This document shows, one piece after another, positions 1-13,727 of a stretch of 64,000 nucleotides of DNA. Source of the DNA: Sulfurospirillum sp. (lineage in GTDB: Bacteria > Campylobacterota > Campylobacteria > Campylobacterales > Sulfurospirillaceae); the NCBI GenBank assembly GCA_045047115.1, contig JASFYR010000005.1, positions 32,001 to 96,000 of the forward strand, in the 5' to 3' direction. Below the pieces are notes generated by a model. The model worked only from the letters and a program-made list of their open reading frames with translations, did not search any database and had not been told where the DNA came from. Numbering within the stretch: the stretch's first letter is position 1; each line of letters starts with the position of its first letter. The position numbers and the translations under genes were made by a program.

Positions 1-1
1 A

Positions 2-538
2 GGGATAGCAAGAACTTTTCAAAATATTAGACTTTTTAAGAGTATGAGTGTATTGGATAATGTTTTGATAGGATTTCATAATCAGGCAAATTATACCTAT
101 TTTGAATCAATCCTTAGATTACCAAGATATTTCCTGTATGAAAAAAAGTTAAAAAGTGATGCTATGGATATACTGGAGAGATTCGGAATAGCAAAATATG
201 CGCAAACAAATGCTGCTTCTTTGAGTTATGGAAATCAAAGAAAAGTAGAAATCGCTAGAGCTTTGGCAACAAAACCAAAACTTCTGTTGCTTGATGAGCC
301 TGCAGCCGGTATGAACCCAAACGAGACAGAAGATCTTTCCCAAATCATACTAAATATCAAAAATGAGTATGGCTTGACTATCTTGCTGATAGAACATGAT
401 ATGAAGTTTGTCAATAATATGTGTGACAAAGTTTTGGTGTTGGATTATGGTGAAGAGATATTTGAGGGGAAACCAAGCGACGCGATAATTGATGAAAAGG
501 TTGTAGCTGCATATTTGGGAGATTTTAAACATGCTTAA
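2..538 (+). CDS. livG: Branched-chain amino acid ABC transporter ATP-binding subunit (5'-truncated by window edge)
   Basis: Frame open from base 2 (GIARTFQNIRLF...); LSYGNQRKVEIARAL signature, LLLLDEPAAG Walker B, IEHDM; followed by livF. Confidence 0.9.
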   Translation, partial: GIARTFQNIRLFKSMSVLDNVLIGFHNQANYTYFESILRLPRYFLYEKKLKSDAMDILERFGIAKYAQTNAASLSYGNQRKVEIARALATKPKLLLLDEPAAGMNPNETEDLSQIILNIKNEYGLTILLIEHDMKFVNNMCDKVLVLDYGEEIFEGKPSDAIIDEKVVAAYLGDFKHA

Positions 539-1226
539 AGTTAAAAATTTAGAAGTGTATTATGGGGTAATTGCAGCTGTAAGAGGTATAGATTTTAATG
601 TAAAAGACGGAGAAATTATTTCACTTATAGGCTCAAACGGTGCCGGCAAAACATCTACTCTGCAGGCTTTGTTAAACAGCATAAAGAGAAAAGGTGAAAT
701 TGTTTTTGGTGGATTTGACACAAAAAATCACAAAACACATACTTTAGTGCAAAAAGGATTGGCACTTGTTCCTGAAGGCAGAAGAGTTTTTATCAATCTA
801 AGTGTTGAAGAAAATCTTCGTATGGGTGCTTTTAACAATGACGAAAATTATGAACATCTCAAAGATGAGATGTATAAGCTTTTCCCAAGAATTGAGCAGA
901 AAAAAAATCAAATGGCAGGAACACTGAGTGGTGGCGAGCAACAGATGCTAGCGATTGCAAGAGCACTGATGAGTGAGCCAAAACTTTTGATGTTGGATGA
1001 GCCAAGTTTGGGTCTTGCGCCAAAGATTGTAGGAGAAGTTTTTGAGACAATTACACGACTTAGAGACGAGGGGATAACAATTCTTTTGGTAGAGCAAAAT
1101 GCCTATGCTGCTTTAAATATTTCAGACCGTGCCTATGTTCTTGAAAATGGTGAAATAGCGATGAGCGGTAACGCAAAAGATCTGATTGGTGACGATACAA
1201 TAAGACAAAAATATTTAGGCGGTTAA
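531..1226 (+). CDS. livF: Branched-chain amino acid ABC transporter ATP-binding subunit
   Basis: GSNGAGKT Walker A, LVPEGRRVF, LSGGEQQMLAIARALM, LDEPSLGLAP, VEQN. Confidence 0.93.
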   Translation: MLKVKNLEVYYGVIAAVRGIDFNVKDGEIISLIGSNGAGKTSTLQALLNSIKRKGEIVFGGFDTKNHKTHTLVQKGLALVPEGRRVFINLSVEENLRMGAFNNDENYEHLKDEMYKLFPRIEQKKNQMAGTLSGGEQQMLAIARALMSEPKLLMLDEPSLGLAPKIVGEVFETITRLRDEGITILLVEQNAYAALNISDRAYVLENGEIAMSGNAKDLIGDDTIRQKYLGG

Positions 1227-1285
1227 TTAATTTAATATTTACTTTCATTTGATAAAATCCTCTATATTTCAATATAGGGGATTTT

Positions 1286-4200
1286 ATGCGTAAACTTTTT
1301 AAAACACTGCTTTCAATGAAAATGGTAGTTCTTCTTCTCTTTTTGTTTGCGGTTGCCAGTGGTGTTGCAACATTTATAGAAAATGATTTCGGTACTGAAG
1401 CCGCTTGGGCAACAGTATATACATCCTGGTGGTTTGAGGCGATTCAGATCGCTTTGGGAATTTTGCTGATATATAATATCTACAAATACAAAATGTATAA
1501 AAAAGATAAACTCCCTGCTTTTATGTTTCATTTAGGTTTCATCTTTATATTGTTAGGATCTGGAATAACCAGATATATGGGTTTTGAAGGTATCTTGCAT
1601 ATAAGAAATGGTGATACTGAAAATAGAATGATTTCAAGTGATTCTTATATCACGGTAAGTGCTGTTAAAAATGGCAAAAAATACCAGGTTGATCTTAAAA
1701 AACTACTTTCAAGTGTAGGTGATAATAAGTTTGATATTAAGCTAAATGTTGATGGAGACACAGCAGATATAAAATTTAAAGAGTTTGTGCCAAATGCAGT
1801 AACAAAACTTGTAAGCGTACCAAATGGAAAACCTGCTATCACAATGTTGGTTAGTGCGAGTGGCAGTCCTGAAAATATAACTCTTAAACAAGGACAGGTC
1901 TATATGGCCGGAGACAATATTGTCGCTTTTGACACCCCTGTGGCAGCGACTGATAAAAATATTGTAAGTATAAAAGTCAAAGATGGGAAATTTTATATTC
2001 ATTCCCAAAAGCCAATCGGCTGGTTTAAGATGATTGCAAACAAAAAAGGTAAATTTGAGGCAAATAAGGAGTATAAATTTACCACGGGAAGACTCTATAC
2101 TATAGGAAAAGTAAATATAGCTCCAAGACAGATGCTATTAAGCGCAAAAGAGAAAATTGTTAGCGAAACAAACCCTTTGTTTAAGGGAAGACGCGGTATG
2201 AAACTCTCTGCTGTAATTGTGGATGTAAACTACAAGGGTAAAACAAAAGAGATAGCAATGTTTGGTAGAGGTAAAGGCTCAAAAGGTTTCACAAAAAAAG
2301 CCATCATAGCCGGCACACCTTTTGGGTTTGAATGGGGAAGCAAGATAGTAAGATTGCCTTTTGCAATTAAACTCATAGAGTTTCAATTAGATCGCTATCC
2401 GGGTTCTATGTCACCTATGTCATATGCAAGCGAGGTTGAAGTTATAGATAAAGCAAAAGGTGTAAAGATGCCATTTAGGATATATATGAATCATATATTA
2501 AGTTACGCAGGTTATAGATTTTACCAATCCTCTTACGACCAGGATGAGTTGGGTACAATACTCTCAGTAAATAAAGATCCAGGAAAATGGCCTACATATT
2601 TAGGATACTTCTTGCTTGGATTGGGTCTGTTCCTAAATATACTGAATCCAAAAAGTAGATTTAGAAAGTTAGCTCATATGATACAAAGAGATATGGATAA
2701 AACAAAATCCGTACTTTTAGCATTTTTCCTCTCTTTTAGTCTGCTTCAGGCACTTCCTGCAAATGCAGATGCAACATTTAATTTTCTTAAAAAGTACGAT
2801 AAAGCAAGCGCGGAAAATTTTGGGACGATTTTAGTCCAAAGTGCAGATGGCAGAATTATGCCAATAGACACAGTTTCGGAAAACTTTTTAAATAAAGTCT
2901 ATCGGAGTTCATCTTATAAGGGATTGACGCCAAATCAGGTGACTCTTGGCATGATGGCATCACCAAAAGAGTGGCAAACTCAAAAAATTATAAAAGTTTA
3001 TCATCCTAGAATCAAAAAAATCATTGGAATGAAGCCAAATGAAAAGTACGCCAGTTTTAACCAGTTTTTTGGTAAAAATAAAACAAGCTCAGGTTATAAA
3101 TTAAATAAATATGCAGAGGCAGCAAGCAGGAAAAAACCATCAGATAGAAATAAATTTGACAAAGATATCCTAAAAGTGGATGAGAGATTAAATATCTGCT
3201 ATATGGTATATACCGGTGAAATTTTTAAAATGATACCCAAAGTAAATGATCCAACTCATAAGTGGTATGGTCCTGAACAGGCTATTAGGACATTTCCGGC
3301 AAACGAGGTAAAAGAGATCAGAAAGGTTTTAACAAACTATTTTGATGGCATACAACAAGGATTAACCAGCGGAGACTGGAGTAGAGCTGACAACGCGATA
3401 GAAGGCATAAAAAAGTATCAAGAGCAGTATGCCTCAGCGATTATACCTAATCCCAGCAGAGTAAAAGCCGAGATATTTTTTAATAAAGCCAAGATTTTTC
3501 AAAGGCTTATGCCTGTATACCTCTTTAGTGGTTTGATTTTACTGCTGTTTATATTTGCAAAAATGGCAAAACCATCACTAAATATCAAATGGATAACAAA
3601 GACAATTTTCTGGATAAATGTGGTAGCTTTTGGGTTTCATACCGGAGGACTTGGAATGAGATGGTTTATTGCTCAGCATGCACCTTGGAGCGATGGCTAT
3701 GAATCGATGATTTATATAGCTTGGGCGATAGTGCTTTCGGGTTTGATTTTCTCAAGACAGGCAATTATATCTTTGGCCTTGACATCTATACTAGCAGGAG
3801 TTACACTTTTCGTTGCCCATCTTAGTTGGATGGATCCTCAGATGACGACTCTTGTACCTGTTCTAAAATCTTATTGGCTAAATATACATGTTTCAGTTAT
3901 TACGGCTAGTTACGGATTTTTAGGACTCTGTTCTTTATTGGGATTTTTTACATTATTATTGTTTATCATTAGAAAACCAGGCTCTACAACCAAAAGATCT
4001 AAAGAGATTGATAGAAGCATCATAGAAGCTACAAGAATTAATGAAATGGCTATGATATTGGGTCTTAGTCTGCTTACAATCGGAAACTTTTTAGGTGGAG
4101 TGTGGGCAAATGAAAGCTGGGGAAGATATTGGGGATGGGATCCAAAAGAGACTTGGGCTCTAGTGTCAATTTTAGTTTTTGCAGCTATCGTACACTTTAG

Positions 4201-4429
4201 GCTTGTGCCAAAATTAAATTCTATATTTGCTTTTGCTGTTGCATCTACTTTAGCATATTCATCAATCATAATGACATATTTTGGTGTTAACTTTTACCTC
4301 TCAGGTATGCACTCATATGCGACAGGTGATCCTGTACCGATTCCTACATTTGTTTACTATACTGTAGCTACCGTTTTTATCGTTATAGCTTTGGCATTTA
4401 GGAACAGAAAGATGGATAAGAAACTCTAA
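1286..4429 (+). CDS. ccsA: Fused cytochrome c biogenesis protein CcsBA (System II heme lyase)
   Basis: N-terminal TM helices and ResB-like periplasmic region (FYQSSYD); C-terminal WWD domain GGVWANESWGRYWGWDPKETW; SGMHSYA. Confidence 0.92.
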   Translation: MRKLFKTLLSMKMVVLLLFLFAVASGVATFIENDFGTEAAWATVYTSWWFEAIQIALGILLIYNIYKYKMYKKDKLPAFMFHLGFIFILLGSGITRYMGFEGILHIRNGDTENRMISSDSYITVSAVKNGKKYQVDLKKLLSSVGDNKFDIKLNVDGDTADIKFKEFVPNAVTKLVSVPNGKPAITMLVSASGSPENITLKQGQVYMAGDNIVAFDTPVAATDKNIVSIKVKDGKFYIHSQKPIGWFKMIANKKGKFEANKEYKFTTGRLYTIGKVNIAPRQMLLSAKEKIVSETNPLFKGRRGMKLSAVIVDVNYKGKTKEIAMFGRGKGSKGFTKKAIIAGTPFGFEWGSKIVRLPFAIKLIEFQLDRYPGSMSPMSYASEVEVIDKAKGVKMPFRIYMNHILSYAGYRFYQSSYDQDELGTILSVNKDPGKWPTYLGYFLLGLGLFLNILNPKSRFRKLAHMIQRDMDKTKSVLLAFFLSFSLLQALPANADATFNFLKKYDKASAENFGTILVQSADGRIMPIDTVSENFLNKVYRSSSYKGLTPNQVTLGMMASPKEWQTQKIIKVYHPRIKKIIGMKPNEKYASFNQFFGKNKTSSGYKLNKYAEAASRKKPSDRNKFDKDILKVDERLNICYMVYTGEIFKMIPKVNDPTHKWYGPEQAIRTFPANEVKEIRKVLTNYFDGIQQGLTSGDWSRADNAIEGIKKYQEQYASAIIPNPSRVKAEIFFNKAKIFQRLMPVYLFSGLILLLFIFAKMAKPSLNIKWITKTIFWINVVAFGFHTGGLGMRWFIAQHAPWSDGYESMIYIAWAIVLSGLIFSRQAIISLALTSILAGVTLFVAHLSWMDPQMTTLVPVLKSYWLNIHVSVITASYGFLGLCSLLGFFTLLLFIIRKPGSTTKRSKEIDRSIIEATRINEMAMILGLSLLTIGNFLGGVWANESWGRYWGWDPKETWALVSILVFAAIVHFRLVPKLNSIFAFAVASTLAYSSIIMTYFGVNFYLSGMHSYATGDPVPIPTFVYYTVATVFIVIALAFRNRKMDKKL

Positions 4430-4435
4430 AATAAC

Positions 4436-4474
4436 AACAAAAACTTCTAAGTAAAATACTTAGAAGTTTTTGTT
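4436..4474. terminator. Perfect 18-bp inverted repeat after ccsBA, probable intrinsic terminator
   Basis: AACAAAAACTTCTAAGTA-AAA-TACTTAGAAGTTTTTGTT. Confidence 0.65.
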
Positions 4475-4484
4475 ATAATACGCT

Positions 4485-4928
4485 ATGAGTGAAAAATATA
4501 TACTGATTTCCATAGTAGTAGCTATAATTGTCATCATTTTTATAGTGCTTTTGTTGATTGTTAAAAACAACAATGAAAAAGTTGTAATTGTAAAAAAAAC
4601 TATAAAAAAAATTCAAAAAAAGAAAAAAGTAACAATCAAAGATATGACAGAATTAGCGGCAAGAAAAAATGCATCTTGCGATGATTTGAAAAAAGCCATA
4701 GATATAGTTAAGAAAGATCTTGTCTTTCCGAAAAAAATCAAATATAAACTACCAAAAGATATAAAAGTATACCTCAACTTTGTTTTGCTTGTAGCTAGCC
4801 ATAAAAATGCAGATGCAAAATTGATAGCATATATGGATAGAGAATTAAAAAAATCAAATCCGGGATATACTACAGAAATCGATATATACGAAAACGAAGG
4901 ATTAAAAGAGAGAGGACATAGAATTTAA
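4485..4928 (+). CDS. Hypothetical protein with N-terminal membrane anchor
   Basis: 147 aa ORF; hydrophobic residues about 6-27, then a Lys-rich stretch; TGTTATAAT directly upstream. Confidence 0.7.
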   Translation: MSEKYILISIVVAIIVIIFIVLLLIVKNNNEKVVIVKKTIKKIQKKKKVTIKDMTELAARKNASCDDLKKAIDIVKKDLVFPKKIKYKLPKDIKVYLNFVLLVASHKNADAKLIAYMDRELKKSNPGYTTEIDIYENEGLKERGHRI

Positions 4929-4955
4929 TTGATCCACTATGTGAATAGTAAATTA

Positions 4956-5031
4956 TGGCGACCCCAAGGGGATTTGAACCCCTGTTACCGCCTTGAGAGG
5001 GCGGGGTCCTAGACCACTAGACGATGGGGTC
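4956..5031 (-). tRNA. tRNA-Glu (anticodon CTC)
   Basis: Reverse complement GACCCCA...CCGCC-CTCTCAA-GGCGG...GGTTCAAATCCC...GCCA; 76 nt with encoded CCA. Confidence 0.93.
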
Positions 5032-5041
5032 GCACAAAAAA

Positions 5042-5117
5042 TGGTGACCCGTGTTGGATTCGAACCAACGGCCACCTCCTTAAAAGGGAGATGCTCTACC
5101 GGCTGAGCTAACGAGTC
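5042..5117 (-). tRNA. tRNA-Lys (TTT)
   Basis: Cloverleaf with anticodon loop CTTTTAA, GGTTCGAATCC T-arm, CCA end. Confidence 0.95.
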
Positions 5118-5184
5118 AAATAAACAATCTCTAATATCATAAAATTTAATTTTAAAAATGATTTAAGAAGAGAATTATAAAAAA

Positions 5185-5261
5185 TGGCGCGGCGGACGAG
5201 ACTCGAACTCGCGACCCTCGGCGTGACAGGCCGATATTCTAACCAACTAAACTACCGCCGC
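5185..5261 (-). tRNA. tRNA-Asp (GTC)
   Basis: Anticodon loop CTGTCAC, AGTTCGAGTCT T-arm, CCA end. Confidence 0.95.
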
Positions 5262-5302
5262 AACCTAAAGGTATCTAAAAGTTTAGATACAGTGTCACTA
5301 AA

Positions 5303-5378
5303 TGGTGGTCGTTAGAAGACTCGAACTTCTGACATCCACCTTGTAAGGGTGGCGCTCTACCAACTGAGCTAAACGACC
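5303..5378 (-). tRNA. tRNA-Val (TAC)
   Basis: Anticodon loop CTTACAA, AGTTCGAGTCT T-arm, CCA end. Confidence 0.95.
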
Positions 5379-5421
5379 GATTAATAATGAAAAATTTGTG
5401 TCCAGGTACTCAAAAATATTA

Positions 5422-5497
5422 TGGCGACCCCAAGGGGATTTGAACCCCTGTTACCGCCGTGAAAGGGCGGGGTCCTGGACCACTAGACGATGGGGTC
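5422..5497 (-). tRNA. tRNA-Glu (TTC)
   Basis: Anticodon arm CCGCC-CTTTCAC-GGCGG, CCA end. Confidence 0.95.
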
Positions 5498-5506
5498 GCA
5501 CAAAAA

Positions 5507-5582
5507 TGGTGACCCGTGTTGGATTCGAACCAACGGCCACCTCCTTAAAAGGGAGATGCTCTACCGGCTGAGCTAACGAGTC
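5507..5582 (-). tRNA. tRNA-Lys (TTT)
   Basis: Identical to the copy at 5042-5117. Confidence 0.95.
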
Positions 5583-5637
5583 AAATAAACAATAAAATTA
5601 TACTCACTTAAAGTGTCACCTTTGCAATGAGGATGAA

Positions 5638-5666
5638 ATTATAGAGAAAAATCATATATTTGTCAA
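5638..5666 (-). promoter_or_regulatory. Consensus sigma70 promoter of the tRNA operon
   Basis: Minus strand TTGACA-N17-TATAAT, about 55 nt upstream of the first tRNA-Lys. Confidence 0.85.
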
Positions 5667-5694
5667 GAGATATTTTGCAAAAAATGTTTTTTTT

Positions 5695-6786
5695 CTAAAA
5701 AAATGTTTTTTTATCTGATTCCAGGAGTAGTTTAAAGGCATGATAAGCACTTTGTTTTTGTATATAGTGTCTATCACCCTTAAGCAACAACCTTTGGATT
5801 TTTGCATTGTTATTTTTTGATTTAACCCCTACAAAAACGGTTCCTACCGGTTTTTCATCGCTCCCCCCACCAGGTCCTGCTATGCCACTTGTGGCCAGTG
5901 CAAAATCTGCACCACTTGCACAAAGTATACCTTCTAGCATCTCTTGCACGCAGTTTTCACTTACCGCTCCATATTTTTCTAGAGTCTCTTTACTTACTCC
6001 AACCCATGACTCTTTTATCTGATTTGCATAGCTGACTATGCCCCCGTCAAACACAGAAGATGAGCCGGCAATCTTTGTAATCATAGAGCAGATAAGCCCA
6101 CCGGTACAGCTTTCAACTGCAGTTATTTTTTTACCGTTTTTCTCTATTCTTCTAATGATGTACTCTATGGTATCAGCATTGTCAATAAATTTATCACTAA
6201 ACAAATTTTTTAATGCTTTTATAAAATTATCCAAATTACCATATTTGAAACTTGAAGCATTGATTTCTATCCAGCCATCAATGACAGCAGTAGCTTCAAT
6301 TTTTATTTCATAAGTGGAGCATATAGGCTCAATCAGTAGTTTTGCCGAATCTATATCTATGTTTATGATTGAAAAGTTTTTATAGTTTAAGTTATCTTTG
6401 ATTAGAATTTCAGGAAATTTTTCGTTTTCCCTTAGACTTAGTACATTTATGATTTTCTCATCTTTTTTTATAAGATATGAGTCTTTGGAGTACAGAATAG
6501 TTTTTGAAGGTATAAGCATATCTTCTTTCAATTCAAGCCTATCATCGTTAATGGTAGAGATAACTTTGTTGACAAAAGTAAAGGAGTGGTTTGTACAGAG
6601 TATTACAGTTTGGTCAAACTTACTGATTGTATCTTCAAGTTTTATGAAAAAATCACTGTCATTTTTATTTATAATCTGCTCGGTGTCAAAATACTCTATA
6701 TGTTTATTGAGCTCTTCTTTTGCATATGTCATATAGGGTTTGTTGTATATAAGCTCTTTACCAATAATAATTAGTGAATTTGTCAA
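5695..6786 (-). CDS. cinA: CinA family protein (C-terminal PncC/NMN deamidase domain)
   Basis: AVESCTGGL, SYANQIK, SGIAGPGGG, KPVGTVFV; TTG start with GAGGAG RBS. Confidence 0.88.
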   Translation of the reverse strand: MTNSLIIIGKELIYNKPYMTYAKEELNKHIEYFDTEQIINKNDSDFFIKLEDTISKFDQTVILCTNHSFTFVNKVISTINDDRLELKEDMLIPSKTILYSKDSYLIKKDEKIINVLSLRENEKFPEILIKDNLNYKNFSIINIDIDSAKLLIEPICSTYEIKIEATAVIDGWIEINASSFKYGNLDNFIKALKNLFSDKFIDNADTIEYIIRRIEKNGKKITAVESCTGGLICSMITKIAGSSSVFDGGIVSYANQIKESWVGVSKETLEKYGAVSENCVQEMLEGILCASGADFALATSGIAGPGGGSDEKPVGTVFVGVKSKNNNAKIQRLLLKGDRHYIQKQSAYHAFKLLLESDKKTFF

Positions 6787-6914
6787 TTTTTACTCCTCGT
6801 CCGTTTGTGTTAAGTGCTTATTATAGCAAATAAGTGCTTCTTAAATAGAATTTAGATAAAATCGCTTAATTTTATAACTACAGATATGTAGCAAATCTAA
6901 GGAGTATAGAGATT

Positions 6915-9698
6915 ATGGATTATAAAGATTTATTGCTTTTGCCACAAACAACTTTTCCCATGAGGGGAAATCTTCCTCGAAATGAGCCAAAGAGATATAA
7001 AGAGTGGTTTAGTGAAAAAGACAATGTGTATAAAAAGATGATAGAAAACCGCAAAGATGCAAAAAAAAGCTTCTATTTGCACGATGGACCACCATATGCA
7101 AATGGCCATATCCATATAGGACATGCACTAAACAAAATACTAAAAGACATAATCGTAAAGACTCACTATGTTTTTGGGGAAAATATCAGATATGTTCCCG
7201 GCTGGGATTGTCATGGACTTCCTATCGAACAACAGGTTGAAAAAAAGATAGGCAAGACAAAAAAAGAGACACTTGCTAAAAGTAAAATCAGAGAGTTGTG
7301 TCGTGAGCATGCTAGAAAATTTATTGACATTCAAAGAGACGAATTTAAAGCTTTGGGAGTTGTAGGGGATTGGGAAAATCCATACATGACTATGAAGTTC
7401 AGATTTGAAGCAGATATTTACAGGTCTCTTTGCGAGGTTGCCAAAAAAGGTCTCTTAATAGAGAGAAGCAAGCCGGTTTACTGGTCGTGGGCAGCAAGAA
7501 CTGCTTTGGCAGAAGCGGAAGTAGAGTATGAAGACAAAGAGGACTACTCTATATATGTAGCATATCCGTTAAAAGATGAAGCAAAAAAAGCTTTACATGC
7601 AGAGGGTGATATAAGTGTCGTTATTTGGACTACTACACCTTGGACGCTTCCTGCAAATATGGCTATCAGCTTCAATCCGCAGGAGGATTATGCCCTGAGT
7701 ACAGACGGTTTTATATTTGCAAAAGCACTTTATGAGAGTTTGAAAGAACAAGAAGTAATAAAAGGCGAAATCAAACAGATTTTTAAAGCTGAGTTGCTAG
7801 AAAATCTATATGCCTCAAGCCCTTTAAACGGTAGAGATTCCAAACTTATACTAGGCGATCACGTGACGATGGACGGTGGTAGCGGATGTGTCCATACAGC
7901 TCCGGGGCATGGTGATGATGATTACAAAGTTGGACTAAAATACGGCTTAGAAGTAATGATGCCGGTTGATGATAGAGGCTGTTACGACGAGACTGTGCTA
8001 AGAGAGTCTCTCTTGCCGGATGCTAAGAGTTTTGTAGGTGAGCATATATTTAAATCAAATGAGAGAATTTTGGAGCTTTTGGGTGATTCTCTTTTGAAAG
8101 TTTCAAAATTTACCCACTCGTATCCATTTTGCTGGAGAACACACAAGCCTATAATCTACAGAGCCACAAGGCAGTGGTTTATAGCTATGGACAAAGAAAC
8201 TGATGGTAGAGACACACTTAGAAACATGGCCATGAATGAGCTTCAAAATGTAAAATTTTATCCGAAATCTGGCATAAAAAGACTGGGAACCATGATAGAG
8301 AATAGACCGGATTGGTGTATTTCAAGACAGAGAGACTGGGGTGTGCCCATAGCGTTTTTTAGAGACAAAAACAGCGGTAAGCCTATATTTGATGAAAAAG
8401 TAGTAAATTTTATAGCAGATATTTTCCAAAGCAAAGGAGCTGACGCTTGGTGGGATTTAGATATAGAAGATCTTTTAGTACCAAATAGCGGATATAAGAG
8501 CGAAAATTTAGAAAAAGTTATGGATATACTGGATGTTTGGTTTGACAGTGGAAGTACATGGAGAGCTGTTTTGAACTCAGATGATTATGATGCTGGAGAT
8601 TATCCGGCTTCAATGTATCTTGAGGGCAGTGACCAGCATCGTGGATGGTTTCAGAGCTCACTCTTGGTTAGCACTGCCAACAATGGCATAGCTCCTTATA
8701 AAAAGATTTTAACCCATGGATTTACTGTTGATGAAAAGGGTGAAAAGATGAGTAAATCCAAAGGAAATGTTATAGCACCAAGTGATATAGCAAAAAAATA
8801 TGGTGTCGAGATACTTCGTCTTTGGGTTGGAACGAGTGAATACACAACGGACTTGAAGATAAGTGACGGTATTTTGAAGCAGGTAAGCGAGCAGTATAGA
8901 AAAATCAGAAATACATTTAGATTTTTACTTGCAAATGTAAACGACTTGGAAAGTTTTGAGAAGATAGATAATTTTTCACCGATAGATAATTGGATTTTAT
9001 ATAAAGCAGGAGATATTTTTGCTCAAACCAAAGAGGCCTTTGATGAGTATGATTTCTCAAAAGGGATGTCTCTTTTAAACCACTTTATTACAAATCATTT
9101 AAGCGGAATTTATCTGGATATTTCAAAAGACAGACTCTATTGTGACGAAAAAAATTCAACTACTAGAAGAGCATCACAAACTGTGATGGCACTCATTGCA
9201 AAGAGTATGTCAGCACTTTTTGCTCCTGTACTCACATACACAGTAGATGAACTTTTAGAACATGCTCCAAAAGCTATAAAAGGTGATTTAAACAGCGTGT
9301 TTGATCTGGTTTATGAAGAGTTGCCAAAAGTAAAGATGCCGTTTGATGAAGAGTATATGACAGAGGCCAGAGAGAAATTTTTTGAGATAGTTGATACTTT
9401 CAAAAAAGAGAAAAAGATAAAATCTACGCTGGAGTTTGTTATATATTCAGATTCAAGTGAGCTCAAAAAACTTAGTGGTGCTGATGGAGAGGATTGGTTT
9501 ACAGTGAGTAATATCATTTGTGCAAGCCAGAGTAATCCTGAAGCTGTTTTTAAAGTTGGCGAAGATGAGTTTAAGATATATTTCGCCAAAAGATTTAAGT
9601 GTCCTAGATGTTGGAAATTCAGAGCAAAAGAGGAGAACGGACTTTGCAGTAGATGCAAAGGTGAAAAAGTTAAAATGAGTTGTGAGAGCAATGTTTAG
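6915..9698 (+). CDS. ileS: Isoleucine--tRNA ligase
   Basis: [28 protein letters not shown]-terminal CPRC...CSRC zinc finger. Confidence 0.98.
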   Translation: MDYKDLLLLPQTTFPMRGNLPRNEPKRYKEWFSEKDNVYKKMIENRKDAKKSFYLHDGPPYANGHIHIGHALNKILKDIIVKTHYVFGENIRYVPGWDCHGLPIEQQVEKKIGKTKKETLAKSKIRELCREHARKFIDIQRDEFKALGVVGDWENPYMTMKFRFEADIYRSLCEVAKKGLLIERSKPVYWSWAARTALAEAEVEYEDKEDYSIYVAYPLKDEAKKALHAEGDISVVIWTTTPWTLPANMAISFNPQEDYALSTDGFIFAKALYESLKEQEVIKGEIKQIFKAELLENLYASSPLNGRDSKLILGDHVTMDGGSGCVHTAPGHGDDDYKVGLKYGLEVMMPVDDRGCYDETVLRESLLPDAKSFVGEHIFKSNERILELLGDSLLKVSKFTHSYPFCWRTHKPIIYRATRQWFIAMDKETDGRDTLRNMAMNELQNVKFYPKSGIKRLGTMIENRPDWCISRQRDWGVPIAFFRDKNSGKPIFDEKVVNFIADIFQSKGADAWWDLDIEDLLVPNSGYKSENLEKVMDILDVWFDSGSTWRAVLNSDDYDAGDYPASMYLEGSDQHRGWFQSSLLVSTANNGIAPYKKILTHGFTVDEKGEKMSKSKGNVIAPSDIAKKYGVEILRLWVGTSEYTTDLKISDGILKQVSEQYRKIRNTFRFLLANVNDLESFEKIDNFSPIDNWILYKAGDIFAQTKEAFDEYDFSKGMSLLNHFITNHLSGIYLDISKDRLYCDEKNSTTRRASQTVMALIAKSMSALFAPVLTYTVDELLEHAPKAIKGDLNSVFDLVYEELPKVKMPFDEEYMTEAREKFFEIVDTFKKEKKIKSTLEFVIYSDSSELKKLSGADGEDWFTVSNIICASQSNPEAVFKVGEDEFKIYFAKRFKCPRCWKFRAKEENGLCSRCKGEKVKMSCESNV

Positions 9699-9797
9699 TG
9701 AACCGGTTTCTATGAAATTTATCTTTGAAACAGTTGGAGTGATTTTTATACTCATTGCTGTGAGTATATTTTTGGTAAAAACAAAAAAGGATAAGAA

Positions 9798-9801
<4 letters not shown>
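9691..9801 (+). CDS. Small single-TM membrane protein (36 aa) between ileS and gatA
   Basis: [36 protein letters not shown]; overlaps the ileS end, and its TGA overlaps the gatA TTG start; not in the ORF track. Confidence 0.7.
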
Positions 9802-12613
<2,812 letters not shown>

Positions 12614-12623
12614 GTAAAAAAAG

Positions 12624-13727
12624 TTGTTAGTGCAGACTTCAAGTGAGTATTTTGATGAGCAACTCTATCTTGAGAGTGGGCGTATTATAGAGGGTTATAC
12701 GCAAACCTACGAAAGTTATGGAGAGTTAAATAGTGACAGATCAAATGCTATAGTTGTTTTTCATGCACTCACAGGTTCTCATCATGCAGCTAGCAAGTAT
12801 GAAGGAGATTCAAAACCGGGATGGTGGGATCCTCTTATAGGCGATGGAAAGATACTTGATACGAAGAAGTTTTTCGTGATATGTGTAAATGTTTTGGGTA
12901 GTTGCTTTGGTTCAAGCGGACCAACAAGCAAAACCAAAAAAAATCAGCCTCCACTTAGGTTGAAATTTCCTGTTATTACGATAAGCGATATGGTTAGTGC
13001 GCAAATGTCTCTGTTTAAAAGGCTAGGTATCGAAAAAGCCTATGCAGTCATAGGCGGTTCACTTGGTGGTATGCAGGCACTTTGTGTTGGGGTTGAGTAT
13101 CCAGAGTTTACTGATAGGATTATAATGCTTGCCTCTACTCATGCTACAAGCCCATGGGCTATATCTTTTAATAAATTAGCTATGGAAGGCATTGTAAAAG
13201 ATCCTAGATTTAAAGACGGAAACTATGAAAAAAATGATTTTGAAGAGTTGCCTCTAAATGGTTTTGCGATTGGTAGGATGGCTGGGCATATAAGTTTTTT
13301 GAGTCCGCACTCTATGGAGAAGAAATTTGGCAGAAACTATGTTGAGACGGATGGTCTGTATGAGCTTTTTGGAAGATTTCAGATAGAGAGATATATGGAG
13401 TATAACGGATATAATTTTGCAAAAAGATTTGATCCTTTGAGTTATATATATATTATAAAAGCAATGAATATATTTGATGCATCAAGAAACTATGACTCGT
13501 TGAGTGATTCATTGAAAAATATAGAGGCAAAGATGACTCTGGTCTCATTTAGAGGTGATATGCTCTTTATGCCAAGTGAGATGGAGATGATAAGAGATAC
13601 ACTTAGAGATATGGGACGGGGTGATAGAGTTGAGTGCTATTGTGTTGATAGCAGTTATGGGCATGATGCTTTTTTGGTAGAGTATGATAAGTTTGATTTT
13701 TATATAAGAAAGGCTTTAGAGAAATGA
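12624..13727 (+). CDS. metX: Homoserine O-acetyltransferase
   Basis: HALTG, GWWDPLIG, GGSLGGMQA nucleophile elbow, YGHDAFL. Confidence 0.93.
   Translation: MLVQTSSEYFDEQLYLESGRIIEGYTQTYESYGELNSDRSNAIVVFHALTGSHHAASKYEGDSKPGWWDPLIGDGKILDTKKFFVICVNVLGSCFGSSGPTSKTKKNQPPLRLKFPVITISDMVSAQMSLFKRLGIEKAYAVIGGSLGGMQALCVGVEYPEFTDRIIMLASTHATSPWAISFNKLAMEGIVKDPRFKDGNYEKNDFEELPLNGFAIGRMAGHISFLSPHSMEKKFGRNYVETDGLYELFGRFQIERYMEYNGYNFAKRFDPLSYIYIIKAMNIFDASRNYDSLSDSLKNIEAKMTLVSFRGDMLFMPSEMEMIRDTLRDMGRGDRVECYCVDSSYGHDAFLVEYDKFDFYIRKALEK

Noticed and set aside
4928..4960. tRNA 3' end as an integration site for a genomic island
   Set aside because: No integrase and no separate duplicated tRNA 3' fragment seen in the window
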